Source: Kondoa subrosea (taxonomy: Eukaryota). From it: 64,000 nucleotides of DNA. The translations under genes and the position numbers were made by a program. The stretch is taken from contig BCIN01000010.1 in the NCBI GenBank assembly GCA_039545335.1, positions 1 to 64,000 of the forward strand, in the 5' to 3' direction. Under the pieces are notes generated by a model. It saw only the letters and a list, made by a program, of their open reading frames with translations. It did no database searches and was not told the DNA's origin. Shown piece by piece: positions 49,509-61,592 of the stretch (position 1 is its first letter; each line of letters opens with the position of its first letter).

Positions 49509-52500
49509 TTATTGGTTTGCTCTAGCTAAAGCACTGAAAACTCCGCCCTTTGCAAGTAAATCTTGAGGTTTGCCCATTTCGACAACTCTTCCCGCATCCA
49601 TGCAAATCACCTAGTAAGTTTGATTAAAAAGTCATCGATTGGGTCTCATTGCCACATACTAGATCCGAATCAATAATTGTAGATATTCGATGTGCTACAA
49701 TCAACTTCATCACAGAAGGGAAAGCCGTCCTGAGGGTATTTTGAAGGGCAGCATCAGATTCAAGCTGCAAGTCAGTGTAAGCTGAAGCAATGAGATTAGA
49801 CATATAGAAGCCTACATCGAGACTTGATGATGCTTCGTCCAAGCACAAGATCTTTCTATTCCTAAGCACAGCTCTTGCCATGGCGAGCAATTGCTTTTGT
49901 CCAGCGCTGAGACTGCCGCCGGATGCCTTGATATCGCTGTCGAGGCCGTTGGGCAAAGCTTCGACAAAGCCACGGCACTGGAAATGATGGGTAAGGAGAC
50001 GGCATATACGCCAGCAGGCAGAGACGCACAGAAGCTACATCTAGAGCTCGCCAAATCTCAGCATCGCTATACACTCCTTTCAAATCTAGGTTCTCTCTGA
50101 GAGTCAGATCGAGAAGCAAAGGGTTCTGAGCGATTAACGTCATTTGATTTCTCAAATTATGTCGCGATATAGCATTGATGTCCTGACCGTCGATCGAGAT
50201 AGAACCAGACGACATGTCGACCATCCTGAACAAAGCGTTCAAGAGTGTAGACTTTGAAGAACCAGTACGTCCGCAGATGCCAATTTGAGAACCAGGTGGA
50301 ACAGAGAAAGAAACATTCCTGAGCGATAATTTTAACTCTGGTCTGTAGCGGAAACAGACATCGTGGAACTCAATAGCGCCACAAGTGATGCTCTGCTTGG
50401 TTTGTGATGCTTCTTCCTCTTTTGGTAGATCTACTATTCCTTTGATTCGCTGCACTGCAACACTAGCAACATCAAGCTGCAACAACAGCTTGAAAAAAGC
50501 GATAACTGTGAAAGGAAATGCTGCAGCAGCCAGCAAAGATGAACCTGTACTCGCTGAAGAAAATCTTTGTACGATGCCAACGGAGACGAGAATGATTGCA
50601 AGTAAGGCTGAACTGAGCTCCAACCAGAATTGAATCCAGACAGTGCACATCCGCGAGAGCAGGAAAGGCGTATTTGCCGTATCGATGAGTTTGCCAACTT
50701 GTTCCTGCATGGCTGCTGCTTTGTCGAATGCTCTGATAGTACGTATGCCTTCGGCGTTGCATGTCTGAGGTTGCTTTCTTCAGCTTGCAGATAACATGTC
50801 AGGTCACGACGAGCTCACATCTGCGCACGAAGCGAAAAGCGGAGACCTTGATTCGGACTCCAGTTGCCGGAGCATGACACTTGTAGGGTTGAATATTCTT
50901 CTGCCGACAACTCCCACAAGGAGCGTAATCGCAAAAGCCAGTAAAGCCCAACGAGTCGAGACACAGGAGAAAATACCGATAGCGAGCAGAGCCACGCCAA
51001 ATTGAACGACATCGGCAAATCCATAAGCGAACTCGACTTCATGTATTGCGCAATCGCTCGAGAAATGATTAAGTATATATCCAGGCTTATACTGGTCCAA
51101 AGACGTCAGATTCGCCCTGAAGAGCCTATTAAAAACTGTTGTCCAAAGCGAACAAAGATGTCACACCTCATCAGTCCGTTGATTTGCTTGATATGCAATG
51201 CTTTGGCCGATGAGATTGGGTGATACACATCAGAAGAGAGGAAAAAGGCAATTGTTCCAAGACTGATAGCGACGGCAAGAGCGGCCTACAAAGCTGTCAG
51301 ACACACTAAGGCAAGATAAGTAATCATCTTACAAACCCCCCAGCCATCGAGCGCTCGTGACCAGGATGAGAGGCCCAAATCTGCCTCGTAGTCAACTCTC
51401 ACTCACTCCCCGTACAGCGATGCAGCACAAACCTCAGCCAATAATGGAAATCCTACATTTTGTAGAGATATGCCGACTACAGCGCCTAGTATCAGAGGAA
51501 TCAGCCATAGCCCGCCCGAGCGAATTTGCTCTCTGCAGGCCATGTATGTGGTAAATGGCGAAGTCTTCTCATCGTCAGGTGCAGCTGCTTCTTGTGACAA
51601 CAAGGCGTCATCTTTGCACTCTGCAAGACGCGTCTCGATACCTGCAGAAGTATCTGGTGAAGTCGCATTCTGCAAGGCTGCAAGGAGTTGGTTGGTCGAG
51701 GCATCAGATTGCGAGCCTTGCGTGATAATACTAGAATCTTGCAAAGCGACGACATGGTGGGCTCGAGAAATGATACTAGGGTCGTTTGAGACGAGTACTA
51801 CTGTTTTGCTGATTAGAATTCCCGCAGGTCCAAAGAGAGAAGAATAGATGCGACGAGCTGTAAGCTGATCCAGGGCTGCAAAGCAATCGTCGAGTAGCAG
51901 TATATCTGATCGGCTGTAGATAGCTCGGGCTAAAGCTATTCGGGATTGTTGCCCGCCAGACTGGCCACAGGACATCAATTCTGATATATATGTGCTTTCA
52001 CAACTTACTAGACCAGTTGCCAGATGAGCATCTCCTCCGCTAAATGTCCTGATATCCGTGTGTAGATCACAAGCGGTCAAGACCTTGTCATACCAAGCAG
52101 CTTGATATTGACTGTGAAAGAGAATATTATTTTTGATCGAAGAAGAAGTCTGAAGCCATGTTTTCTGTGAGCAGTAGCTGGTTGTCGCAGAACAAGACTT
52201 TTCAACGACTGCTCCGCGGAGACAGTCCATTTCGCCCAAGATAGTCTGCAACAGTAGCGTTTTGCCTTGCCCGACTCGACCGACGATCGCTGTCAACTGA
52301 CCCTCTGGTATGCGCAAGTGGTCGAGCGACAGTAAGGGCATATTATCAAAACCGAATTGGCCATTTGCGTAGATACCGTTGGTTTGCTTTTCTGTTTTGA
52401 GCTCTTCTGTGGAGCTCGGGTTCGATAAAACTCGAAGAGATGATTTCTCACTCTGCTGAAGATAGTTATTGATGCGAAGCAGAGAGGTCCAGCCTGATGC

Positions 52501-54358
52501 TAGTGTCATGAAACCCCAGCAGAAGTTCAGATACTGAAGTAAAGCCTGAGCTTGTATCAAGGGAAGAAGTTGGCACGTACAATAGAGCCTATCAAGTCAA
52601 GACTCGATATTGCGACATAGAGATTGCGCGAGCTGAATTGTAGATGACCCGCTTTGATCAGCAGACAATAAGTACTATAGTTGACTTAGCCTGCATTGTA
52701 TCAACAGTCGGGCGTCAACTCACACCAGGGTTGCAGATTTGATCAAAGCCCAGTTCGTTGACTGTACTGTACCATTCACAGCGGCTCGCAGCTTGTACGC
52801 CAGCATTTTTGGACTTGATCAATTATTCAGCTGATTCAAAGGACATGGCATATGGAACACTCACATCTCCATATCTCGCCTATGCAAGTATTTACCAATG
52901 ATAGATTTCTCATAGCCATTCAATTTAATAGGCAACAGGCAAGCCAAAATGCCAGTGAGCAGTTGTACTCGCGAATCGGTTGCAGAGCTCCATTCTTTTT
53001 GATCATTTGCCGCTTGCATCAAGGCAATAGGAATCAAGGACAACGCCAAGATAATTGCGACCAAAGCAGTGACCATAGATAGTTGGGCATGAATCCAGAG
53101 AAAAGCCAAACCGAATCCAAGTACGAGGGGCATTTGAAAAAGGTTTTGAATCCTCCAGATCGCGTTGACGATTCTTCCCACATCTACTTCGATATGATTG
53201 GAGGCAGCTCCAGCTGCACCGGAACCTTCGACAATACTGACATGATTGCGCAGAGACTTGCGATAAACAGCTTGAATGAGAGTCGCTCGTACGACCAAAG
53301 CCATTTTTGTCATACTTTGGAAGATTAGGCAGGAAAAAAGAGCTCGAAAAATGTAAAGTAGGGCTGTTGCGGCAATAATACCGTACCCATAAGACATGGG
53401 TTGGTCGCTTCCGGTAGCAAGAAATTTCAAAGTTGCGTTCAGAATGAGAGGTGACAAGCAGATATTCAACCCAGCCAACCAAGAGAAGACGACAGGCGCA
53501 AACATGATTTGTCTGTTTGACCAAAAGAGTGATCTGATAAGCGGTAACCGCCGCTTCCGATAAGTGAGCCACTGTTTAGCAAACCGCTCATACGCTTCTT
53601 CTGAATCGATGATGTTGTCTTTCAGATCTGCTTGGTTGATTCGTTGCTTCAGACCAGTGAGAAGTAGAGGGAAAATCCAAGATACCGTCAAACGCGAGAT
53701 TGGTCCAGCGGTGGCTTCGAGGGAAAGCTGGGGACTCCCAGTCAGTCTAGTGTCGGGATGTACAATAGAGCCTGACCTTCTCTTGCAAATCTTTTGCCAG
53801 GTAACGTCTCTTGCTGATATTCTGTAACACTAGACTAAGGCCGCGACAGGCGATCGTAAGACAAGAAACGGCGAAGAAAAAGGTGTTTGATTCCGATATC
53901 TTGGTAAGGGCATAGGTACGAATTTTAGCGGCTCCAAAAACTAGGCTTAGGAAGTAGTAACAGGTAAGAAGCCATCCGCTGCTGTAAGAATGCAAATAGC
54001 TGTATCGTACGAGAGGAATTGCTGAAACTGATGCCAGCACATCAATTGCCAGAGCACTGATCGGCAGAGCATATCGGAGTTCAGATTGTCTTGTCCAGGC
54101 TGCAAGACACAGCAAGGCGAAGATGCTATCCAATACCACAACCGAGAGTGAGGCCTTGAGTAGAAACTGATGTCGAACGGAGGAACTGAAGCGAATTTGC
54201 GGACGTTGACTTAAAGTATAGATCTGAGCCAGAGACAAACAGAGGAAGAGACTTGAAGGGAGTAAACCAACCGCAGCAAATTCAAAACCTAGCGAGAAGT
54301 CGAATTCTCGACAATCCGAGAAGTCTAACTGCCATTCGTAAAAGCACAAAGGTAACAT
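49509..54358 (-). CDS. ABCC (MRP-like) full-size ABC transporter with TMD0, copy 2
   Basis: N-terminal CREFDFSL. NBD1: GRVGQGKT, L/SGGQQ, LLDDCFAALD. NBD2: GRTGSSKS, LSAGQKQ, LDEASSSLD, VAHRISTI. Confidence 0.88.
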
Positions 54359-54376
54359 CGAGTATGGGAGAATTGA

Positions 54377-54392
54377 AGAGAGAGAGAGAGAG
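54377..54392. repeat. (AG)8 microsatellite, i.e. (CT)8 on the sense strand just upstream of the ABCC copy 2 start
   Basis: Read directly from the sequence. Confidence 0.9.
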
Positions 54393-54654
54393 AAGAGTAC
54401 GACGAAGACCAGAAACAAAGGGCAGAGCATTTTACATACATCGGTCCGCAATTCAGCACAGCGGATGCACTGCAGTTCTGTCATACCAGTACGTGAAGCA
54501 GATCACTCGCGGACATATGCTGTTCGACACCGCCGGTAGGGGAAAAGATGCTGTGCTGCTGACGACCGTCTTCGGCTCCTTGGCAACGTACAACGATTCT
54601 GCTGATCTAGGAAGTGTATATACCAGTGCTAATTATACATTTTCTGTGATTCCG

Positions 54655-55438
54655 ATGCCAGCCAGTCTATACTCAAATCCGCCTCCGAGTTATCGGCAAC
54701 CGAGTCCTGCTGCTCATGAAGCTTATTCCACTCAAGTCTGTTTGCTACAAATGTCTATACGTGTGCCTTCATTGAGCGTTAACTCGCAGGTCTCGCACGA
54801 TCCCTATCACCTTGTATCCGCATTCGACCATGACGAAGATCATCCCGAGGCCGCGAAGTCAACTTTGGTCAAGAGTCTGTCCCAAACGCTTGCCGGACCT
54901 GTGGATGTGACCAACGCGTCAAGCTTGAACGTATGCAGTCAATACAAAACAGGCCGAGTCTATGCTGATAAAGATACGTAGGTATATATCGATCCTTTGA
55001 ATGGCACGGATCATGGGGACGGTGAGTTACTAATACGACGCGCATCAAGCACAAGCTGAAAAACTTACTGTGCAGGAACAAAGCAGTTTCCGTTTCAAAG
55101 CGCTGAGGGAGCATTGAGGAAGAGAGGGCTAGATGTCACGCTATGGACGAAAAGGAGGTACACAAATACGGATAGGTGCGGGTGATCTGACTTGTGCCAG
55201 TTCTATGGCTCATGTTCATGTTTAAACGTCCAGAAAATTTGATCCCGTAACTTTACCATTTGGCAGTATTCCTATTCAAGTCAATCAGTACGCTACTATA
55301 TACTGGATTCCAATAGAAGCGAAGACTGCGCGAGAAGTGATAGCAAAGGAACTTGGATTGTGGCGGGGGCCAGAGAAGCAGCGAAAATGGCTTGGCTTAT
55401 TTCCCCGTAAATCAGCTTCCGCCTCGTCACAGCAGTAG
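54655..55438 (+). CDS. Small hypothetical protein with a stand-alone segment resembling the AsnRS N-terminal (UNE-N) domain or the DUF1565 motif
   Basis: Spliced by eye: exons include 54982-55021, 55076-55175 and 55234-55438, with an open frame throughout. The product contains VYIDPLNGTDHGDGTKQFPFQSAEGALRKRG...YWIPIEAKTAREVIAKELGLW. Confidence 0.7.
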
Positions 55439-55895
55439 ATGTATGGAAGAAGAAGTAGTAGAAGAAGAAGAGGCGCGTTCGTTTAGCTATATTTGTTCAC
55501 TAAGCATTCACTTGTACAGATTATGTTCTTTACTGCTCATCTGTTTCCTTCACCTACGTCCAAGACTGGCAGATGAATGTTGAGATCGCTGATCTGTTAT
55601 TTTCTGTCTGTACCTGCAGCCATGGTCACCTCGCGATTCTCTTTGACCAGGCTTCGAATGTTCATGAGTAGGTACTCTGTTCTCTCTCTCGTACAACATA
55701 ATACAAGTCTACGGGCACAATGTCGTCTCTTCTTCGCTCTTCAGCTAATCCAAGCTGGGGATCTTATCAACAAGTGGGCGTACATCAGCTGACACTCTTT
55801 CATTGTAATGGCGCTGTCCATCACCTGCTTTTCTCTTGACTTGTCTGCGTTACTTTCTGTTCACCTGACTTCATTTCCTCATCTTACTTTCAGCA

Positions 55896-57639
55896 ATGTC
55901 TGGATCCTCGATACCGCTATTTCTGAGAATAGTGAAAGAGATTTCATCGCTTCAGCCAAACGTGAATCCTTATTCTCGATTGTGAGTAGTCGCAGTGCTC
56001 GACACGAACACGTCTCAGAGCTTGTCAGCAGCTTGAGCATGCTGTACGGCTTGCTGTACCTTCAGGTGTCGGATCTGCCTTTGCAGCGAAGCTAAATTCT
56101 GATCCCTGCTACAAAGCTCGGTAAAACCTTCAATCGACTTATGATTGCCAATGTTGTCGCGTGCGGCATCTCGCTTCTCTGCTATTCAGCCTTTCTGGCG
56201 ATAAGACGGAAGAAGCAAACATTGTGGTTTTACAAATTACAGACCACAACTTTTGGTAGTAGGTCATTATGATTCCTTATGCTTTCTTTCTTGCTGAAAT
56301 ATAGCAAAGATCTGATAGTTCCAAATACCATCAACCTCTTTGCACTCATTTCGATGCTGCACTCTATTGTCTCAATACCGGTTGTCACCATGTTGATGGA
56401 AGGCTATAAGAACAACATGCGACCTGATGCTTATGCTTGGTTCCTGCCTATTCTTTGGCCACTGAGTCAGTCTCAACCGTCAGCATTCGTGTCTACGCTG
56501 AAGGCTTGAATAGCTTTGATGGTTCTCGTATCAGAATTACAGTAAGCTTGAATAGATTTAGTATCTTCCGTCGCTGATAAGTCTATATAGCGGTATCAGT
56601 GCTTTCTTGTACATGTGCGCTTCAGCACGCAACACACTAAGACTATGCGGATGTGTCGTCAGACCTTGGCTTCTGAACATTGGCTTTCTGTAAGTATCGG
56701 CAGACTGTCTGATCCATTTCAAGCTGACGGTAGTGCAGATCTCTATACATTATAGTCATTGGCGCGCTAGCAATTCCATTCGGCTTCAGTGGTAGTCAAT
56801 TTACAAAGGCAACCAATGCCATCGATTCGTTCCTCGCTGTCATTATCGCGGAAGGTAAAACTTGGCAAGAAGGGCAGCGCTTTGCTTTCCCTGGTAGTTT
56901 CCTGCCTCACGGTGTCTCTAATACGTGTCTGATAACATCTTCACAGCCTCACGGCTACCCCTCATTACGGAAATGACATCTCAAGCGGACGTCATGATTC
57001 GATACTCTCGAATCGCCTGGCAAACCCTTCTAGTCTTCGTCGTCTTTATCACTTGTCTCTTCTTACCCGTAGCCTACCTCTATGTTCGGACAATCGCTCG
57101 ACAGCTTCAAATGGCTCGCGATCGAGTTCAAACTGCTTCAGACTCCTCGCAAGAAGCGAAACAACTTCAATTTGCTTATTTCGCAATGTTAGTGTGTGCT
57201 TCTTCCCCGCTGATTTCACAAGTTAATCCCTTTGTTCCATTAGGCTTATTGAACTCTTCTTGATTCTACTGGCTTCAGTAGCCTACTCAGCTACCGCAGC
57301 TGAATTCGGCGTCAATTACAACAAATTGGTCGAAAGCGCCGATACTATTGCAAGTGTTTTAGGAGTGATGTATTCGATCTACCCTCTGCTATCACTCAGC
57401 GCTAGTATTGTGCTGCTCATCCGCGCTTCAAAAGAATGGTCAGATCAAGGTAAGGCAGGCAGTATTTTCAACAAGAGCAAGAGGTCATCTCTATTGATGA
57501 TCAAAGATTTCAATAGTAGGTTTATATCTAACGCTGTGTATTTGTGTCTGACGGCTTCTCTCTATATCAGATCCGAGTAATCAAAACTGTGGAATTGGAT
57601 GATATGCTTAGTAAGCAAGAGAAAGAAGATTTGGCTTGA
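55896..57639 (+). CDS. Orphan membrane protein with about 7 predicted TM helices
   Basis: Multi-exon frame assembled from MSGSSIPLFL...NPYSR to ...QEKEDLA*, with seven hydrophobic stretches counted by eye. Start and some junctions are tentative. Confidence 0.65.
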
Positions 57640-57774
57640 GGTTGGCTTGTCGCGCTTAGACAAGATTGTATCAGAGCTGTAGCCATAAGTTTCATGCACA
57701 AATCCGAGACCGACAGAGAATGACTTCTTACGATTCTATTGCGTCCGACGGTACCTTTCTACAAACAGCGAAAT

Positions 57775-58655
57775 ATGTCTGTAAGGCTCAAAGCTTGATT
57801 GACAGTCAAATGACCGCTAATGCTGCATGACAGTCTACTACTGAATCAAGCAAATGCGGCTGCCCAGTCACTCTCAAGGATGGGACAAAGCAGGGTTCGC
57901 TTTTCTTGTTCTGCCTGTCTTGTATGGATCAGCTGACTCGGCTGTCCAGTCTGCCAATGTCAACCTTGCTCGTGAGCTTGCGCCGCAAAAGCTGGAATGA
58001 GCTGTATGCTGATCTTCCAACCATGCCACAGTGAACAAAAAGATTACGGTATGCTGTTCGTCCATCTATACTATGTGCTTTGTGCTTAAATGCTGTGGTA
58101 GCCAATTGCACTTGCGTACGTACCTGCTGTGACTTGCCTTGGATGCATGTTGAAATACAGCTGTGCGTAGAACAAGCAGACTGGTCCGTGTACTTTCGTC
58201 TGCTGGCCATCTTCATGACCTCACTGTAGTACTGTAGGATGCGCTTGCAAAGGGGATGCTAGCAAATGCGTGTAAGTTCCTGCCTTCGGATATGAGAAGC
58301 AACATTCTGAGTGACGACAATACAGTTGCAAAGCTACTGGACGTATGTGGTAATTTGTGCACCTTTGAGACATCTCTCATTCTGTATACGTATCATGTAC
58401 AGAATCATGCAACTGCAGGTGGGCTCTTCCACTGACTTTGTCAGCGAAGCTTTTTAACGCGATTTCCCAGTTCCGCTACCGGTCAATCAGTCTCTTGCGG
58501 TCAGAATAAAGCCGGTGGATCATGCTCTTGCGGGGTCGGTTTCTCTCACCATTCTCGCTTCACATTGTACTGACACATATTGGGTTCAGAGCAAATGCAG
58601 CTGTGGATCAACTTGCAGTTGTTCACCTGCTGAACCTAAGCACGAGAAGGCTTGA
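57775..58655 (+). CDS. Metallothionein (long fungal CxC-repeat type), 11 exons, 109 aa, 20 Cys
   Basis: Exons 57775-57780, 57834-57894, 57950-57971, 58032-58048, 58102-58115, 58171-58183, 58238-58271, 58326-58342, 58403-58418, 58471-58534 and 58590-58655 total 330 nt. Ten GT-AG introns of 52-60 nt. Product: MSSTTESSKCGCPVTLKDGTKQVCQCQPCSEQKDYANCTCNKQTGCACKGDASKCVCKATGQSCNCSSATGQSVSCGQNKAGGSCSCGSKCSCGSTCSCSPAEPKHEKA. Confidence 0.9.
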
Positions 58656-59265
58656 AGGAAGTGTGCGACTTAAGCAAAGTGTCGGTAAGGATGTACTCAA
58701 TCGTATAGCAGCGCATTTGCAATCCGCATTTCAGATATCGCTTTCCCTGCTTTTAGGGAAGAAAGCTTCGGGAAGCTCAGTCTTCATCTAGTAGGAGTAG
58801 CCGACACTGATCTACTGAGCTCCGACGTGACTCGCGCCACTTTTGGGAAATCAGACGACCCTCCGCGAATTGATGAGCAGGTTGACCAAAGTCATTCACC
58901 TTGAGCTTTATTTCGCCCTTCCGCTTGCCTTGAACGCATAAAGAGGTCAACTGAGCTCGTTGCAGTCTACATTTCGCACGCTCAAGCTTCGACTGGGTCT
59001 CACTTGCAAGGCTCGATATCACAAAACGCTTGCCAATCTTCCCTCGCAACCGAGGTCTGGTCAGTAGAAGGGACACGCACAATAGCTACAGATCTCATCT
59101 ACCGACTTGCAATCGCTTGGTCTACTAGTCCTTTCGTGATAAAACGCACAACTGTCCAAACTTGTTCGTGATGCTTTCTCTGCTGGCCTACTCTCGCGTC
59201 TACAGAGCTGATCATAGAGTCTACACAGTAGATCAGGCTACTCTAAACATCCTACCCAACACGCA

Positions 59266-61209
59266 ATGAGCACAATCCCAACTCAGGTCGACGCTGACGC
59301 TTCAGGCTGGCGATTCGCTCAATGCTTCGGTGATAAAGGAGAAGTAGAAGATATAACAGAAGCAGACATTATTGTAAGCTCTACTATTCGGCGCTTTACA
59401 TGCACGGCTTTCCCCTTGAGGAATCATTGACCTTTTGTTTTACTTTTATAGTCGACAGTCGAATTCTCTCATACTGGAGATTACCTAGCAACAGGTGATA
59501 AAGGTGGAAGAGTGGTTTTATTTGAAAGATCAGGCTCATCAAAGAAAGGATGCGAGTACAAGTTTTATACCGAGTTTCAATCCCACGAACCGGAATTCGA
59601 TTACCTCAAGAGCTTGGAGATTGAGGAAAAGATCAACAGGATCAGGTGGTGCAGGAGAGCTAATGCTTCTCATTTCTTGCTATCTACAAACGGTCGGTAT
59701 TCTTTCGAGAGGATGTCAGCTTGAGCTGATTCACCTCTTGTTTGGGGCGACAGATAAGACGATCAAGCTATGGAAAGTGTTTGAAAAGTCATTGAAAGTA
59801 GTTGCGGAGAACAACATGTCGACGCATCAAAATTCTTCAGGATCGCTCAACACGACTGATCTTCGGCCACCCTTCTCAACTTCAACCTCAACTTCCTCTG
59901 CGCAATCAACTAACGGAGCACTTCTACCCAATTCAGCTCTTTCTAGTTCACTCAGCTCAAATTCCAGCGGACCAATATTCCACCTACCGAAACTGACCTA
60001 TCACGATACTATTGTTGCTGCTGTTCCAAGAAAAGTCTTCGCCAATGCTCATGCTTATCACATCAACTCCATTAGTATCAACTCAGATGGGGAAACGTAC
60101 ATGAGTGCAGATGATTTGAGGATCAATTTGTGGAATCTGGCAATCAGCGATCAAAGTTTCAGTGCGGAAGATTCTCAGGCTTAGCACTATATTTGTTAGG
60201 CTGATATGTCCAAACGCACAGATATATTGGACATCAAGCCTGTCAACATGGAAGAGTTGACTGAAGTCATCACCGCTGCTGAATTTCATCCTCTTTCGTG
60301 CAACCTTTTCTGCTACTCGAGTTCGAAAGGAACAGTCAAGCTGGCGGATATGCGAGACTCTGCGCTGTGTGACAGGCATGCAAAATGTACGTGATCTATC
60401 GTGCTTTACACATACTGTGTTGAGCAGATACTGGATTCGTACAGTGTATGAAGAGGAGGAAGATCCATCCAACAAATCTTTCTTCTCCGAAATCATTTCT
60501 TCCGTCTCCGATGTCAAGTTCAGCAAAGATGGGCGCTACATTTTATCCAGAGATTACCTCAGTTTACGTATATGGGATATCAACATGGATTCCAAACCTG
60601 TGCAAACTATTTCAGTTCATGATCATCTTCGAGGCAAACTTTGCGACCTGTATGAAAACGATTGCATCTTCGATAAATTCGAGTGCACTTTCTCTGGCGA
60701 TGGAGAGTGAGTCGGAGCATTGCGTTTAAATCAGGCTAGTGTCCTGATGTTGCATGTATTCACTTCACAGACATGTCCTCTCTGGTTCTTACAATAACTA
60801 TTTCCATATTTACGACAAGAATGCAGAAACGGATGTGGTCCTGCAAGCGGATAAATCAGCTTTCAAGGCTAAGAAGACAGCAGGAGGCAAGAACAATGGT
60901 GCGAATAAGGGAAGTGGACCAGCTAAAGGCAACGCAAGCAAGAAGTTGGTTGAGACAGACAATATTGATTATCAGAAAAAGATCTTGTGAGTGGCTTAAT
61001 GCGGTATGATAGATCAGTGCTGATGTGATTTTGGATGGTGCAGACATGCTAGTTGGCACCCACAAGAGAATGTGGTCGCTATTGCAGCTACTAATAACCT
61101 CTTTGTCAGTGATAACGGTTGATTCAGCTTAGTTTCTAGCTGATTGTGTGCAACATCTTGACAGATTTACTCTGGAGAGAAGAGCAATCAAGCAGCTATG
61201 CAACCTTAG
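59266..61209 (+). CDS. CDC55: Protein phosphatase 2A B55 regulatory subunit
   Basis: [87 protein letters not shown] and IAATNNLF. Confidence 0.97.
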
Positions 61210-61592
61210 ATACCTTTCATAGACTCCCGCCGTCGAAAGGACGGGACAACAAAAAACGGGCAAGGGTTGTTGGCGATTCGTTTGTTTCTTGTTCTGGTGT
61301 ACAGTATCTCTTTCTCTCTTCCTCGCTTTATTTCATCATCTTCTCCTCCTTATTGCACATTGTGTTAAGTGCTCGGCATCAAGCACTCCCAAGATCTCAA
61401 TCTTACACCCGATGGAAAACCCTCGTATCTCGCTCAATTTTCTCTTGTCGTAATCGGGTGAAGAATTTACAAAAGGGTAATTATCGTTGAATTGTCAATA
61501 GCTAGAAAACTTTACAGAGAGACTATATAAAATGCATTTGATTAGACTCTTATTTGTTGACTTTCTACTCTTTAACCATAACCGTTTGCCAA

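Noticed and set aside
55720..55926. Possible overlapping uORF in the leader of the 7-TM gene
   Set aside because: It depends on an unverified TSS and leader intron, and cannot be separated from chance.
57640..57774. Possible metal-response elements upstream of the MT (TGCACAA; AGAGCTGT at 57673-57680)
   Set aside because: TGCACAA does not match the TGCRCNC core, and a single GCTG-core match is too degenerate to support a call.
57874..59082. ORF-track ORFs 57874-58065, 57929-58216, 58522-58791 and 58777-59082
   Set aside because: No recognisable protein features. The region to 58655 is better explained by the spliced metallothionein, and the rest by the CDC55 promoter and 5' UTR.
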